A program made the translations under genes and the position numbers. A stretch of 64,000 nucleotides of DNA from NCBI GenBank assembly GCA_002083565.1, contig MSXM01000012.1, positions 956 to 64,955 of the forward strand. Reading direction: 5' to 3'. Shown piece by piece: positions 1-10,582 of this stretch. The notes beneath the pieces were generated by a model, which ran no database searches, had not been told where the DNA came from, and saw only the letters and a program-made list of their open reading frames with translations. The first letter of the stretch is position 1; the number at the start of each line of letters is the position of its first letter. The DNA is from Nitrospira sp. ST-bin4. Lineage in GTDB: Bacteria; Nitrospirota; Nitrospiria; Nitrospirales; Nitrospiraceae.

Positions 1-139
1 TATGGGGGCGGAGCGGATCACGACGCAACGATTGAAGGTCGTCGAGTCGAGGCCTGATGAGCACCTTCTTTTCGTCCGCGGGGCTATTCCAGGTGCAGCA
101 AACGGAATCGTCGTCATAAGAAAGTCAAAGAAGAGTTAA
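1..139 (+). CDS. rplC: 50S ribosomal protein L3, 3' end (partial)
   Basis: Frame 2 reads MGAERITTQRLKVV...LLFVRGAIPGAANGIVVIRKSKKS* with stop at 137-139; typical L3 C-terminus directly before rplD. Confidence 0.95.
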   Translation, partial: MGAERITTQRLKVVESRPDEHLLFVRGAIPGAANGIVVIRKSKKS

Positions 140-142
140 GCT

Positions 143-766
143 ATGCCCACAGTTGATGTCGTCGATTGGCAGAACAAAAAGGTCGGAACGGTCGAGTTAG
201 CGCCGAGCGTGTTTGGGTGCGAGCTCCGAGCAGCCTTGGTACATGAAGCGGTGATCATGCAGCGAGCCTGTGAACGCCAGGGAACGGCGTCTACTCTACG
301 TCGAGGCGAAGTGAGCGGATCCGGCAAGAAGCCGTGGAAGCAAAAGCATACCGGACGGGCTCGAGCCGGGTCACTGCGGTCTCCTGTATGGCGTCACGGT
401 GGGAGTGTGTTTGGGCCGAAGCCAAGAAGTTATGCGTATACAATGCCGAAACAGAAGTATCGGGCGGCGCTTCAGAGTGCTCTCTCTGCGAAGGTTTCGG
501 AAGGAAAATTGGTGGTCTTGTCGGAGGTATCGCTTCAGCAGCCCAAGACGAAGTTGCTGGCGCAGGCACTGGGGCGTCTGAGCGGAGGGGATCATACCTT
601 GGTTGTGCTTGGCAGTGGACAATCAACGGTCGCTCAGGCTGCTAAGAACATGGCCGCGGTCAAGGTGCTCAGCCCTGATCGGTTGAACGTGTATGACATC
701 GTGCGTGCCGGTGTGGTCGTTGTCTCCCAGCAGGAACTGGGACGTGTGCAAGAGGTCTGGTCGTGA
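143..766 (+). CDS. rplD: 50S ribosomal protein L4
   Basis: RGEVSGSGKKPWKQKHTGRARAGS...GGSVFGPKPR motif; S10 operon position. Confidence 0.98.
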   Translation: MPTVDVVDWQNKKVGTVELAPSVFGCELRAALVHEAVIMQRACERQGTASTLRRGEVSGSGKKPWKQKHTGRARAGSLRSPVWRHGGSVFGPKPRSYAYTMPKQKYRAALQSALSAKVSEGKLVVLSEVSLQQPKTKLLAQALGRLSGGDHTLVVLGSGQSTVAQAAKNMAAVKVLSPDRLNVYDIVRAGVVVVSQQELGRVQEVWS

Positions 767-1056
767 AAATCGAAATGCATGCAGTCTTGATTCAGCCTTT
801 GTTGACAGAAAAAATAACGGGTCTCCGTGAGAAGACGAACACCGTCGGATTCATCGTCCACCCTGATGCGAATCGAGTGCAGATCAAGCAAGCGGTCGAA
901 TCGCTGCTGAAGGTCAAAGTTCAAAAAGTCAACGTGCTGAACATCCGTGGCAAGGTCAAGCGGCTCGGACGGTTTTCGGGCCGTCGTTCAGACTGGAAGA
1001 AGGCCTTCGTCACCCTCAAGAAGGGTGAGAAGCTTGAGATGTACGAAAGCGCATAA
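763..1056 (+). CDS. rplW: 50S ribosomal protein L23
   Basis: PLLTEK...QIKQAVE...WKKAFVTL; GTG start overlaps the rplD stop (ATG at 775 is an alternative). Confidence 0.97.
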   Translation: MKIEMHAVLIQPLLTEKITGLREKTNTVGFIVHPDANRVQIKQAVESLLKVKVQKVNVLNIRGKVKRLGRFSGRRSDWKKAFVTLKKGEKLEMYESA

Positions 1057-1089
1057 TCAGCGTGATGCGTAAAAGGTAGGGGCAGAGTT

Positions 1090-1932
1090 ATGGGTGTCAA
1101 ATCATACAGGCCGACAACTCCGGGACGTCGTGGGATGACTGCGGTCACGACTGAGGAGCTGACAAAGAAAAAGCCGGAAAAGTCGCTGACCTCTTTTCAT
1201 ATTCGAAGCGGGGGGCGGAACAACGACGGACGGATGACCATCCGTTTTCGTGGGGCGGGCCATAAGCGGTTGTATCGGAAGATTGATTTTCATCGGGATA
1301 AGGTCGGTATCGCTGCGCGTGTTGAGGCGATTGAGTATGACCCGAACCGATCAGCCCGTATCGCGCTGTTAAAGTACAAGGACGGAGAGAAGCGATATAT
1401 CCTGGCTCCGGTCGGACTGAAAGTAAACGACGAAGTGCAATCGGGCCCGCAGTCTGAAATTCGTCCCGGTAATGCGCTTCCGTTGGCCAATATGCCGCTG
1501 GGTACGACTGTTCACAATATTGAATTAAAGCTTGGTAAGGGTGGGCAGCTGATCCGGAGTGCAGGCGGTTCTGCTCAGGTGATGGGCCGTGACGGAGATT
1601 ACATCCAGGTTCGCTTGAAGTCCGGAGAAATGCGGCGGATCCTGGGGACCTGTATGGCGACGGTCGGGCAAGTTGGAAACGTCGATCACGAGAACATTAC
1701 GGTGGGAAAAGCCGGCCGAAACCGATGGAAGGGAAAGCGGCCACATGTCCGCGGCGTCGTTATGAACCCGGTCGATCATCCACATGGAGGCGGAGAGGGG
1801 AAGTCGGGCCAAGGGAATCCTCATCCTGTGTCGCCGTGGGGAGTGCCGACGAAGGGGTATAAGACCAGACAGAATAAGAAGACCGATAAGTTCATTATCG
1901 CCCGACGTAAGTCAGGAGTGCGCAATGCCTAG
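1090..1932 (+). CDS. rplB: 50S ribosomal protein L2
   Basis: [18 protein letters not shown] and [17 protein letters not shown] motifs. Confidence 0.99.
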   Translation: MGVKSYRPTTPGRRGMTAVTTEELTKKKPEKSLTSFHIRSGGRNNDGRMTIRFRGAGHKRLYRKIDFHRDKVGIAARVEAIEYDPNRSARIALLKYKDGEKRYILAPVGLKVNDEVQSGPQSEIRPGNALPLANMPLGTTVHNIELKLGKGGQLIRSAGGSAQVMGRDGDYIQVRLKSGEMRRILGTCMATVGQVGNVDHENITVGKAGRNRWKGKRPHVRGVVMNPVDHPHGGGEGKSGQGNPHPVSPWGVPTKGYKTRQNKKTDKFIIARRKSGVRNA

Positions 1933-2212
1933 ATCGATTAGTAAGGGCGCGTTTGTGGATGCTCATCTCCTTAAGAAAGTTGAGCACATGAACCAGGTGA
2001 AGGATCGCAAACTGATCAAGACATGGTCGCGGCGATCGACGGTTATTCCGGACATGATCGGCCATACGTTTGCCGTCCATAACGGAAAGAAATTCATTCC
2101 CGTGTTTGTGACTGAAAATATGGTAGGCCACAAGCTCGGAGAGTTTGCGCCGACCCGGTTCTTCAAGGGGCATGGTCAGGCAAGGACGGAAAAGGCCGTT
2201 GCGCTGAAGTAG
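1925..2212 (+). CDS. rpsS: 30S ribosomal protein S19
   Basis: MPRSISKG...IKTWSRRS...HNGKKF...[11 protein letters not shown]; start moved to ATG 1925. Confidence 0.98.
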   Translation: MPRSISKGAFVDAHLLKKVEHMNQVKDRKLIKTWSRRSTVIPDMIGHTFAVHNGKKFIPVFVTENMVGHKLGEFAPTRFFKGHGQARTEKAVALK

Positions 2213-2291
2213 AAGAGGTTGGCGGTCGGCAGTCAATAGCGGAGGGCATCCCGGTCCAACGGCCGGTGATGGATGACGGGATCTAAAGACG

Positions 2292-2648
2292 ATGACGGAA
2301 GCACGAGCCATATTACGATTTGTTCGGGTCGCGCCACGCAAGGCGAAGCCTGTGATTGACATGATTCGGGGACAGCATGTTCCCGCGGCCCTGGCGATGT
2401 TGAAGCATACGCCGAGGCATGCCGCCCGTGTCGTTGAAAAAATCCTTCGATCTGCGGTGGCGAACGCTGAGCAGAAGGAAATGGGAGACAGCGAGTCGAT
2501 GGTGATCTCCAAAGCCTTCGTCAACTGTGGGCCCACCTACAAGCGAGTTCGGGCCAGGTCGATGGGCCGGGCGAATGCGATTCAGAAACGGACCAGCCAT
2601 ATCACGGTGGTGGTGGCGGCGCCGACAATTCAGGATAAGAAGCAGTAG
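2292..2648 (+). CDS. rplV: 50S ribosomal protein L22
   Basis: RVAPRKA...SAVANAE...RARSMGRA..IQKRTSHITVVV. Confidence 0.98.
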   Translation: MTEARAILRFVRVAPRKAKPVIDMIRGQHVPAALAMLKHTPRHAARVVEKILRSAVANAEQKEMGDSESMVISKAFVNCGPTYKRVRARSMGRANAIQKRTSHITVVVAAPTIQDKKQ

Positions 2649-2682
2649 GGACACTTTTAACGCGTACTGAGGCAGACGTCGT

Positions 2683-3354
2683 ATGGGTCAGAAAACACAT
2701 CCAATTGGATATCGTCTGGGTTACAACTATACCTGGAATTCTCGCTGGTATGCCGGCAAGGATTACGCCAAGCTGCTTCACCAGGATATCAAGATCAGAA
2801 AGACGGTCAAAGCTAAGCTGTACCATGCGGGTGTAGCCAAGGTGGAAATCGAGCGATCCGGTGATCAGACTCGAGTGATCATCCACACAGCTCGTCCGGG
2901 TATTATCATCGGCCGTAAGGGAGCTGAGGTTGATAAGCTCAAGGCTGATCTTGAAAAGCAATATGGCGGGCAGGCGTACATTACCGTCAAGGAAATCAAA
3001 AAGCCTGAACTTGATGCGCAGCTGGTTAGTGAAAATGTCGCTGCTCAACTCGAAAAACGTGTGGCGTTCAGGCGGGCCATGAAACGTAGTGTCCAGTCGG
3101 CGCTTCGGCTCGGTGCGCAAGGAATCAAAATTATGGTGGCAGGCCGTTTGGGTGGTGCGGAAATCGCACGAACCGAATGGTATCGCGAAGGACGTGTGCC
3201 GCTGCATACTCTGCGGGCGGAAATCGACTATGGGTTTGCTGAGGCGCACACCACTATGGGGCAGATCGGCGTCAAGACGTGGATTTACAAGGGTGAACTG
3301 CTTCCGGCTCAGCCAATGAAACCGGATTCTCTTCTTGAGCGGCGGATTGGGTAA
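2683..3354 (+). CDS. rpsC: 30S ribosomal protein S3
   Basis: [25 protein letters not shown] and [10 protein letters not shown] motifs. Confidence 0.99.
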   Translation: MGQKTHPIGYRLGYNYTWNSRWYAGKDYAKLLHQDIKIRKTVKAKLYHAGVAKVEIERSGDQTRVIIHTARPGIIIGRKGAEVDKLKADLEKQYGGQAYITVKEIKKPELDAQLVSENVAAQLEKRVAFRRAMKRSVQSALRLGAQGIKIMVAGRLGGAEIARTEWYREGRVPLHTLRAEIDYGFAEAHTTMGQIGVKTWIYKGELLPAQPMKPDSLLERRIG

Positions 3355-3366
3355 GGAGATCGAGTT

Positions 3367-3783
3367 GTGTTAGCGCCGAAGAAAGTCAAATTCAGAAAAA
3401 TGCAGAAGGGCCGCATGAAGGGCAAGGCCTATCGTGGCGGTCAAATTACACTGGGGCAATTCGGTCTCAAGGCCTTGGAACCCGGGTGGGTGACCAGCCG
3501 CCAAATTGAAGCGGCGAGAATCGCAATCACCCGTTATGTGAAGCGAGGCGGACAGGTGTGGACGCGCATATTCCCGGATAAGCCGATCACAAAGAAACCT
3601 GCCGAGACTCGAATGGGCAAAGGCAAGGGCAATCCAGAGTATTGGGTAGCGGTTGTGAAGCCTGGCCGGATTTTGTATGAGATGGATGGGGTCACGCCTG
3701 AGGTTGCAAAGGAAGCATTCCGACTTGCGTCTCACAAGCTGCCTGTTGCGACAAAGCTGGTCGTTCGTGGAGAGTTCGCGTAA
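3367..3783 (+). CDS. rplP: 50S ribosomal protein L16
   Basis: RQIEAARIA and [12 protein letters not shown] motifs. Confidence 0.99.
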   Translation: MLAPKKVKFRKMQKGRMKGKAYRGGQITLGQFGLKALEPGWVTSRQIEAARIAITRYVKRGGQVWTRIFPDKPITKKPAETRMGKGKGNPEYWVAVVKPGRILYEMDGVTPEVAKEAFRLASHKLPVATKLVVRGEFA

Positions 3784-3813
3784 GGCCTTGAGTCCGGCCT
3801 GAGGGGTAAGGGT

Positions 3814-4029
3814 ATGGCATTGGAACTGAAAGAGTTGCGGCAACTAACAGCGATCGAGCTTGCAGATAAGGCAAAGCAACTCGTCCAGGAGCTCTTCAAT
3901 CTGCGGTTCCAGTTCGGAACTGGCCGGCTTGAGAATCCTATGCAAATTCGAAGAACCAAGCGCGATATTGCCAGGATTAAGACTGTCATCCGGCAGATCG
4001 AGCAGCAGGCTGAAGCAGCCAAAGGGTAG
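3814..4029 (+). CDS. rpmC: 50S ribosomal protein L29
   Basis: ELFNLRFQ...LENP..IRRTKRDIARIKT. Confidence 0.97.
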   Translation: MALELKELRQLTAIELADKAKQLVQELFNLRFQFGTGRLENPMQIRRTKRDIARIKTVIRQIEQQAEAAKG

Positions 4030-4035
4030 GGGTCT

Positions 4036-4302
4036 ATGTCTGAGGGTGTGAAAAGGCATCACCGGTTTGGAAGTGTCGTCAGCAATAAAATGCAGAAGAC
4101 CGTCGTCGTGGCTGTGTCACGATCCGTCATTCATCCTGTTTACAGGAAAGTGCTCAAGCGGGTGACGAGATTGAAAGCGCATGATGAGAGTGGACAATGC
4201 AAGGTGGGTGATCGGGTCAAGATTATTCAGACCAGGCCATTGAGTAAGGACAAGAACTGGCGGGTCGTTCAGGTCATGGAAAAGGGACAGGCTGAAAAAT
4301 AG
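4036..4302 (+). CDS. rpsQ: 30S ribosomal protein S17
   Basis: GSVVSNKMQKTVVV...KAHDE...GDRVKI..TRPLSK. Confidence 0.98.
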   Translation: MSEGVKRHHRFGSVVSNKMQKTVVVAVSRSVIHPVYRKVLKRVTRLKAHDESGQCKVGDRVKIIQTRPLSKDKNWRVVQVMEKGQAEK

Positions 4303-4355
4303 AGGGAGCACCGTTCTGAGATCATCGGATCTCATGGCATGCGCGGAACGCAGAT

Positions 4356-4724
4356 ATGATTCAAAACTACACGTATATGGATGTGGCCGATAATTCCGGC
4401 GCGAAGCAGGCGATGTGCTTCCACGTATTTGGAGGCACCAGACGTCGCTATGCATCGTTGGGTGACATCGTTGTCGTTGCCGTCAAGGAAGCCATTCCCC
4501 AGGCGAGTGTGAAAAAGGGGGATGTCAGCCGCGCGGTGATTGTGCGGACGACAAAAGAAGTGCGGCGGGAAGATGGCTCCTACATTAAGTTTGATCGAAA
4601 TGCCTGTGTGTTGATCAATAAGGATGGCGAGCCAATCGGGACGCGCATTTTTGGACCGGTCGCGCGCGAGCTGCGGTGGAAGAAATTCATGAAGATCATT
4701 TCCCTTGCACCTGAGGTGCTGTAG
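4356..4724 (+). CDS. rplN: 50S ribosomal protein L14
   Basis: VADNSGAK...[13 protein letters not shown]...[10 protein letters not shown]. Confidence 0.99.
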   Translation: MIQNYTYMDVADNSGAKQAMCFHVFGGTRRRYASLGDIVVVAVKEAIPQASVKKGDVSRAVIVRTTKEVRREDGSYIKFDRNACVLINKDGEPIGTRIFGPVARELRWKKFMKIISLAPEVL

Positions 4725-4745
4725 GGATCGGTAAGTGAGGATATT

Positions 4746-5075
4746 GTGCAGGCACTTCGCAAGAGCAAAATAAAAAAAGGCGATACAGTCGTCGTGATTA
4801 CAGGCCGTGATCGGGGGAAGACCGGGAAGGTCCTCTCTGTGGATCTTGGAGCCGGGCAGGTGACGGTTGAAAAGCTCAATATCATCAAGCGGCACACCAA
4901 GCCGAATCAGAAGGTCAAGCAAGGGGGCATTCTTGAACGTGAGGCCCCTCTCAATATCTCAAAGGTAATGTTTTTCTGCCCCGTCACGCAGAAGCCGACA
5001 CGAGTAGGAATACGGTCATCGGGGGATGGGCGGCGGACCAGGTTCAGTAAAAAATCGAACGAGCCTATCGAGTAG
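4746..5075 (+). CDS. rplX: 50S ribosomal protein L24
   Basis: KOW motif [30 protein letters not shown]. Confidence 0.98.
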   Translation: MQALRKSKIKKGDTVVVITGRDRGKTGKVLSVDLGAGQVTVEKLNIIKRHTKPNQKVKQGGILEREAPLNISKVMFFCPVTQKPTRVGIRSSGDGRRTRFSKKSNEPIE

Positions 5076-5091
5076 GGTTGGAGAATTTGGA

Positions 5092-5742
5092 ATGGCGAAA
5101 GTAGAAAAAGGCAAAACCGGAAAGCCGGCTGAACGGAAGTCGCAGAAAAAAGAGAGTGCGGCGCCGCAGAAGTTGGACGAGGGAAGCGAAGAGTCGAAAT
5201 TCAGGCCTCGGCTTCGTGACACCTATCAGCAAAAGGTAGTGCCGGCGCTGATGAAGGAGTTCGGCTACAAGAATGTCATGCAGGTTCCTCGACTTGAGCG
5301 TGTTGTGCTCAATGTCGGTATGGGAGAGGCTCTGCAGAATGTCAAGTTGCTCGAGAGTGCGGTGACAGAACTGGGAACGATCACAGGGCAAAAGCCGGTT
5401 GTGACCAGGGCCAAGAAAGCGATAGCCGGATTCAAGTTGCGGCAGGGGTTGCCGATCGGAGCTAAGGTGACGCTTCGTAGCCGCCGCATGTACGAATTTT
5501 TTGACCGTCTGGTATCGTTGGCGCTTCCGCGCATCCGAGATTTTCGCGGCGTTTCACCGAAGGCATTCGATGGGCGTGGAAACTATACCTTCGGACTGAA
5601 GGAACAGCTGATTTTCCCGGAGATCAAGTACGACGAAGTGGCATCTATCCATGGCATGGACATTACGATTGTGACGACAGCCAAGACGAACGACGAGGGG
5701 AAGGCCCTGTTGAAACATCTGGGCATGCCGTTTCGTACCTAG
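5092..5742 (+). CDS. rplE: 50S ribosomal protein L5 with a charged N-terminal extension
   Basis: [23 protein letters not shown] and FDGRGNY motifs; ATG 5092 follows GGAG. Confidence 0.97.
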   Translation: MAKVEKGKTGKPAERKSQKKESAAPQKLDEGSEESKFRPRLRDTYQQKVVPALMKEFGYKNVMQVPRLERVVLNVGMGEALQNVKLLESAVTELGTITGQKPVVTRAKKAIAGFKLRQGLPIGAKVTLRSRRMYEFFDRLVSLALPRIRDFRGVSPKAFDGRGNYTFGLKEQLIFPEIKYDEVASIHGMDITIVTTAKTNDEGKALLKHLGMPFRT

Positions 5743-5786
5743 GGACACACTCGGTGTGAGGCATTGTTCGAAGAGAAGGAGTGTTT

Positions 5787-5972
5787 GTGGCACGATTAGC
5801 GCTGAGGAATAAGGCGGCAACCAAACAAAAGTTTCCGTGCCGGGAGTATCATCGCTGCGGCGTATGTGGCCGTGTACGTGGGTATCTTCGCCGGTTTCGG
5901 ATGTGCAGAATCTGTTTTCGGCTCCTGAGTCTCCGTGGAGAAATCCCGGGCGTACGCAAATCAAGCTGGTAG
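5787..5972 (+). CDS. rpsN: 30S ribosomal protein S14, short zinc-binding type
   Basis: CGVCGR...MCRICFR...[11 protein letters not shown]; 61 aa from GTG 5787 after AAGGAG. Confidence 0.97.
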   Translation: MARLALRNKAATKQKFPCREYHRCGVCGRVRGYLRRFRMCRICFRLLSLRGEIPGVRKSSW

Positions 5973-6023
5973 CCGGTATGTCGGCCTACGGTCGATCGTC
6001 TTAAGAATGTAGAAGGATATCAG

Positions 6024-6419
6024 ATGCTTACAGATCCGATCAGTGACCTCCTTGTTCGGTTGAAAAATGGCGCTCAGCGTCGTCATGAGACAGTGGTTGT
6101 TCCGACTTCGAAATTGAAGCGTGCAATTTTAGAGATCTTGAAGAGAGAGGGCTATGTCGATGGCATTGAGGACGGGACGCGTGACGGGCATCCGATTCTT
6201 GATGTGCGGTTGCGATATGTGGGGGAAGGACAGCCCATGATTACGGGCCTGGAGCGGATCAGCAAGCCTGGACGCCGTGTTTATGTCGGAAGCAAAGATA
6301 TTACAAAGGTCCGCAATGGGATCGGGGTGTCCATCCTTTCGACCTCGAAAGGTATCATGACGGATCAGGAGTCCCGCAAGAATAAGTTGGGTGGAGAGAT
6401 TTTGTGTTCAGTGTGGTAG
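6024..6419 (+). CDS. rpsH: 30S ribosomal protein S8
   Basis: TDPISDLL, RISKPGRRVY, STSKGIMTD, GGEILC. Confidence 0.98.
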   Translation: MLTDPISDLLVRLKNGAQRRHETVVVPTSKLKRAILEILKREGYVDGIEDGTRDGHPILDVRLRYVGEGQPMITGLERISKPGRRVYVGSKDITKVRNGIGVSILSTSKGIMTDQESRKNKLGGEILCSVW

Positions 6420-6461
6420 GCGGGGCGGAGTTTTAACGACTGAATAGGGATGTAGAAAATC

Positions 6462-6998
6462 ATGTCGCGGATAGGGAAGAAACCAATCACGGTTCCCAGT
6501 GGAGTGGATGTCAAAGTCTCCGGATCGAATGTGTCGGTCAAGGGTCCTTTGGGGAAGCTGGATTGGTCTTTAGCTCAGGGTGTGAGCGTTGCGGTGGATA
6601 ACGGCCAGATCGTTGTCACTCGCTCCAGTGAAGACCGCAAACTGCGGGCCCTGCATGGTCTTGTTCGAGCGGAATTGAATAACATGGTGCTTGGGGTCAC
6701 TAAGGGCTACGAACGATCGCTTGAAATAACCGGAGTCGGATACAAGGCACAAATTCAAGGCAGGACGATGAGTTTCAATGTCGGGTATATCAATCCCGTC
6801 GTATATCAAGTGCCGGCTGGCATTGATGTGAAGGTGGATAAGCAGACCCTTATCAATGTCAAGGGAGTCGATAAACGCCTTGTCGGACAGGTGGCGGCAA
6901 ATCTGCGAGCGATCAAGCCTCCCGATGTGTACAAGCAAAAGGGTGTTCGCTATGCGGGCGAACAGTTGCGGAAAAAGGAAGGCAAGACAGGGAAGTAG
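6462..6998 (+). CDS. rplF: 50S ribosomal protein L6
   Basis: MSRIGKKPI...GVGYKA...PPDVYKQKGVRY. Confidence 0.98.
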   Translation: MSRIGKKPITVPSGVDVKVSGSNVSVKGPLGKLDWSLAQGVSVAVDNGQIVVTRSSEDRKLRALHGLVRAELNNMVLGVTKGYERSLEITGVGYKAQIQGRTMSFNVGYINPVVYQVPAGIDVKVDKQTLINVKGVDKRLVGQVAANLRAIKPPDVYKQKGVRYAGEQLRKKEGKTGK

Positions 6999-7007
6999 GT
7001 AGCGAAC

Positions 7008-7373
7008 ATGAATACGGCTGAAAAATTACGACAACTGAAACAGCGGCGGCGGCGTGTGCGCAAGACGATCATGGGGACTGCTGAACGACCTCGTCTGAAC
7101 GTGTTCCGCAGCAGCGCACATATCTATGCGCAGGTGATCAACGACATCGAGGGGAAAACGCTCGCAGCAGCGTCGTCGCTCGATAAGTCGCTGCGCACGG
7201 CGCTTAAATCGACGAGCAGCATTGAAGCGGCGAAGGCGGTCGGGAAGCTGATTGCGTCGCGGGCGAAGGCTGCCAATGTGAATGCTGTGGTCTTTGATCG
7301 CGGCGGACGGATGTATCACGGCAGAATCAAAGCGCTTGCCGATGCGTCGCGTGAAGGGGGTCTTCAGTTCTAG
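7008..7373 (+). CDS. rplR: 50S ribosomal protein L18
   Basis: [14 protein letters not shown]...[17 protein letters not shown]. Confidence 0.98.
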   Translation: MNTAEKLRQLKQRRRRVRKTIMGTAERPRLNVFRSSAHIYAQVINDIEGKTLAAASSLDKSLRTALKSTSSIEAAKAVGKLIASRAKAANVNAVVFDRGGRMYHGRIKALADASREGGLQF

Positions 7374-7433
7374 CGCGGTCATCCTTTTCATCCCCACCAA
7401 TTTCGAGTGGGAAGAGCAGAAACGAGGCACTGT

Positions 7434-7943
7434 GTGCGAGTCAATCCTGATGAACTAAGCCTGAAAGATAAAGTCGTCTTCATCAATCGCGTCGCAAAGG
7501 TAGTGAAGGGCGGCAAACGGTTTAACTTTTGTGCCCTGGTCGTGGTCGGTGACGGCCATGGTTGGGTGGGGATCGGCAAAGGGAAGGCTGCAGAAGTCCC
7601 GGTCGCCATATCAAAGGCTGTCGAGCAAGCCAAGAAGCATCTCGTGCATGTTGCGCTCAAGGGCGGCTCAATTCCACATGAAGTGCATGGCCTCTTTGGC
7701 GGTGAACATGTGCTCCTCAAGCCGGCAGCCGACGGAACGGGGATTGTCGCCGGTGGTGCAGTTCGCGCCGTCGTCGAATTGGTTGGCGCGCATAATGTGG
7801 TTGCAAAGACGCTTGGCCGTGGTAATCCCTTCAATACGGTTCGAGCAACATTAGATGGACTCACGCAATTGAGAAATCCTGAAGAAGTGCTTCGTCTGCG
7901 TCGTCGGACCATGGCGGAGCGGCAGGAAGGGGCGGCGGTGTAA
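7434..7943 (+). CDS. rpsE: 30S ribosomal protein S5
   Basis: INRVAKVVKGGKRF...GTGIVAGG; probable GTG start at 7434 after GAGG. Confidence 0.97.
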   Translation: MRVNPDELSLKDKVVFINRVAKVVKGGKRFNFCALVVVGDGHGWVGIGKGKAAEVPVAISKAVEQAKKHLVHVALKGGSIPHEVHGLFGGEHVLLKPAADGTGIVAGGAVRAVVELVGAHNVVAKTLGRGNPFNTVRATLDGLTQLRNPEEVLRLRRRTMAERQEGAAV

Positions 7944-8161
7944 TGGGTACGGTTGCGACACCTAAATCTAAAAAATCGACAGTGCCAGGCGTTCGGGTGA
8001 CACTTATGCGGAGTCCAATCGGTACACCGCAAACGCATCGCCTGGTGCTGCGAGGGCTTCGGCTTCGGCATATACGCCAGACGGCCGTCCATCCGGACAC
8101 TCCCCAGGTTCGCGGGTTGATCAAGAAAGTGGGTTATCTGCTCGAGGTTGGAAAGCCATGA
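7943..8161 (+). CDS. rpmD: 50S ribosomal protein L30
   Basis: VTLMRSPIG...DTPQVRGLIKKV; lies between rpsE and rplO. Confidence 0.95.
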   Translation: MGTVATPKSKKSTVPGVRVTLMRSPIGTPQTHRLVLRGLRLRHIRQTAVHPDTPQVRGLIKKVGYLLEVGKP

Positions 8162-8607
8162 ATCTTCATGATTTGACACCGGCAAAAGGCGCAAAGAAGC
8201 GGAGAAAAAGGATCGGACGCGGACCCGGGTCCGGCCACGGAAAGACCGCGACCAAGGGACATAAGGGATTGCTGGCGAGATCCGGAGGCGGAAAGCGGCC
8301 GGGTTTTGAAGGCGGTCAGATGCCGTTGATTCGGCGGTTGCCGAAGTTCGGGTTCGTCAACAATTTCCGCACGGAATATTCCATCGTCAATGTGAGTAGT
8401 TTTCAGGATTGGAACGGAAGCGGAACCATCACCCCGCAATCCATGGTGGATGCCGGCTTGGTCAAGCGTAAAACACTGCCGATCAAAATCCTCGGCAATG
8501 GAGAGCTGAAGAAGTCACTCGTCATTCAGGCCCATAAGTTCAGCAAGTCTGCGGAGGCGAAGATTCAGTCGGCTGGAGGGAGAGTCGAGGTCATCGGCGG
8601 TGTTTGA
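8158..8607 (+). CDS. rplO: 50S ribosomal protein L15
   Basis: GRGPGSGHGKT...GFEGGQMPLIRRLPKFGF. Confidence 0.98.
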   Translation: MNLHDLTPAKGAKKRRKRIGRGPGSGHGKTATKGHKGLLARSGGGKRPGFEGGQMPLIRRLPKFGFVNNFRTEYSIVNVSSFQDWNGSGTITPQSMVDAGLVKRKTLPIKILGNGELKKSLVIQAHKFSKSAEAKIQSAGGRVEVIGGV

Positions 8608-9919
8608 GCGGCTCCTGACCAGTATTCAGAATATCTTCAAGATCCCCGAGCTTCGCACTCGTATCTTGTTTACGCTCGGGATGCTGGTCGTTTACCGCAT
8701 CGGGGCTCACATCCCGACTCCCGGTATCAACGGCGAGGCCCTCTCTGAATTTCTGCAAAAACAGGGCGGCTCCCTCCTTGGGTTTTTAGATATTTTCTCA
8801 GGCGGGTCGCTGTCCCGCTTGACGATTTTCGCGCTGGGCATCATGCCCTATATCAGCGCCTCGATCATCATTCAGCTGCTGACGGTGGTTGTTCCCCACC
8901 TCACCAAGCTGGCGAAGGAGGGGGAGCGCGGGCGAAAAAAGATTATTCAGTATACCCGATTCAGTACGATCGGTATTGCGTTGATTCAGGGCTTTGGAAT
9001 CGCAGTCGGGTTGGAGCAGATGAATCAAGGTGCGTTTGTGTTGAGTGCGGGGTGGGGATTCCGCCTCATGACTGTGATTACCCTCACGGCGGGGACGGGC
9101 TTTCTGATGTGGCTCGGTGAGCAGATCACCGAGCGTGGGATTGGGAACGGGATTTCGCTGATCATTTTTTCCGGCATCGTGGCGCGCTTGCCGTCGGCGG
9201 TGGCTCAGACCTTCGACCTCTATAAGGTCGGGCAGCTGAATATCGTGATGCTCGTCGGCCTCGCGGTGCTGATGGTAGTCGTTGTAGCGGCCATCGTATT
9301 TTTGGAAAGTGGCCGTCGGAAAATCCCGGTTCAGTATGCCAAGCGTGTCATCGGTCGGCGGGTGTACGGCGGGCAGAGTACACATATTCCGTTGAAGATC
9401 AATACGGCAGGCGTGATTCCGCCAATTTTCGCATCCTCGATTATCGCGTTTCCTGCAACGATTGCAGGATTTTTTGAAACGCCATGGATCAAAGAGATCG
9501 GCACGCAACTGTCGCCAGGATCCGTGCTCTACACGCTGATGTATGTCGGGCTTATTCTGTTTTTCTGTTTCTTTTATACGGCGGTTGTTCTCAATCCTGT
9601 CGACATGGCTGACAACATGAAGAAGTACGGGGGATTCATTCCCGGTATCCGGCCAGGTCAACGAACGTCGGACTACATTTATAATGTGCTTACAAAAATC
9701 ACGTTTGCCGGCTCCATTTATTTGGCCGTAGTGTGTGTCATTCCAGAGCTGCTCATTTACAAATTGAATGTGCCGTTTTATTTCGGCGGCACTTCATTGT
9801 TAATCGTGATCGGGGTGGGGCTTGATACGGCGCAGCAGATTGAATCACATATGCTGATGCGCAACTATGAAGGGTTTTTAGGTAAGGGCATGGCTCCGCT
9901 ACGCGGAAGAAACGGATAG
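8600..9919 (+). CDS. secY: preprotein translocase subunit SecY
   Basis: IFALGIMPYISASII, GIGNGISLII, FIPGIRPG and FGGTSLLI motifs; many hydrophobic segments. Confidence 0.99.
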   Translation: MFERLLTSIQNIFKIPELRTRILFTLGMLVVYRIGAHIPTPGINGEALSEFLQKQGGSLLGFLDIFSGGSLSRLTIFALGIMPYISASIIIQLLTVVVPHLTKLAKEGERGRKKIIQYTRFSTIGIALIQGFGIAVGLEQMNQGAFVLSAGWGFRLMTVITLTAGTGFLMWLGEQITERGIGNGISLIIFSGIVARLPSAVAQTFDLYKVGQLNIVMLVGLAVLMVVVVAAIVFLESGRRKIPVQYAKRVIGRRVYGGQSTHIPLKINTAGVIPPIFASSIIAFPATIAGFFETPWIKEIGTQLSPGSVLYTLMYVGLILFFCFFYTAVVLNPVDMADNMKKYGGFIPGIRPGQRTSDYIYNVLTKITFAGSIYLAVVCVIPELLIYKLNVPFYFGGTSLLIVIGVGLDTAQQIESHMLMRNYEGFLGKGMAPLRGRNG

Positions 9920-9925
9920 TGCCCC

Positions 9926-10582
9926 ATGCGGCTCGTGTTTCTTGGCGCGCCGGGCGTCGGTAAAGGCACGCAAGCAGATAAGGTCGCCACCCAGCACGGT
10001 GTCCGGAAAATATCGACCGGGGATTTGCTTCGAGAGGCCGTTCGGAATCGTACCAGCTTAGGCCTTGAGGCCAAGGCCTATATGGACCAAGGTCGGCTCG
10101 TTCCAGATTCGGTGGTCATCGGGTTAGTGCGTGAAAAGTTGACCGATCCCAGTTACGCAAAGGGATTTATCCTGGACGGGTTTCCCAGGACGGTTCCTCA
10201 GGCAGAGGAGTTGGGAAAGGTGCTGGTTGAGCAGGGCATCGGACTGAGTCGTGTCATCAACTTTCAGGTTTCTCGTGCTGAGATTGTAAAACGGCTGAGC
10301 GGGCGGAGGAGCTGCCCAAAGTGTCAGGCGACGTATCACGTGGAGTTCGCGCCCTCCAAGGAAGCGGGAGTGTGTGATCGGTGCAAGGATACGTTAGTTC
10401 AGCGAAGCGATGATCAGAGGGAAGCGATTGAGACGCGGCTGAAGGTCTATGAAGAGCAGACTGCCCCGTTGATCGGCTTCTACGAGAAGAAAAATATCTT
10501 GTCGCATCTCGAGAGCGAGGGGCCTGTCGAGTCTGTGTATCAGAGCTTGTCGAAGGTGCTGGCAGCATACGATACGGCATGA
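9926..10582 (+). CDS. adk: adenylate kinase with zinc-type LID
   Basis: GAPGVGKGT P-loop, STGDLLR, LDGFPRT; CPKC...CDRC in the LID. Confidence 0.98.
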   Translation: MRLVFLGAPGVGKGTQADKVATQHGVRKISTGDLLREAVRNRTSLGLEAKAYMDQGRLVPDSVVIGLVREKLTDPSYAKGFILDGFPRTVPQAEELGKVLVEQGIGLSRVINFQVSRAEIVKRLSGRRSCPKCQATYHVEFAPSKEAGVCDRCKDTLVQRSDDQREAIETRLKVYEEQTAPLIGFYEKKNILSHLESEGPVESVYQSLSKVLAAYDTA

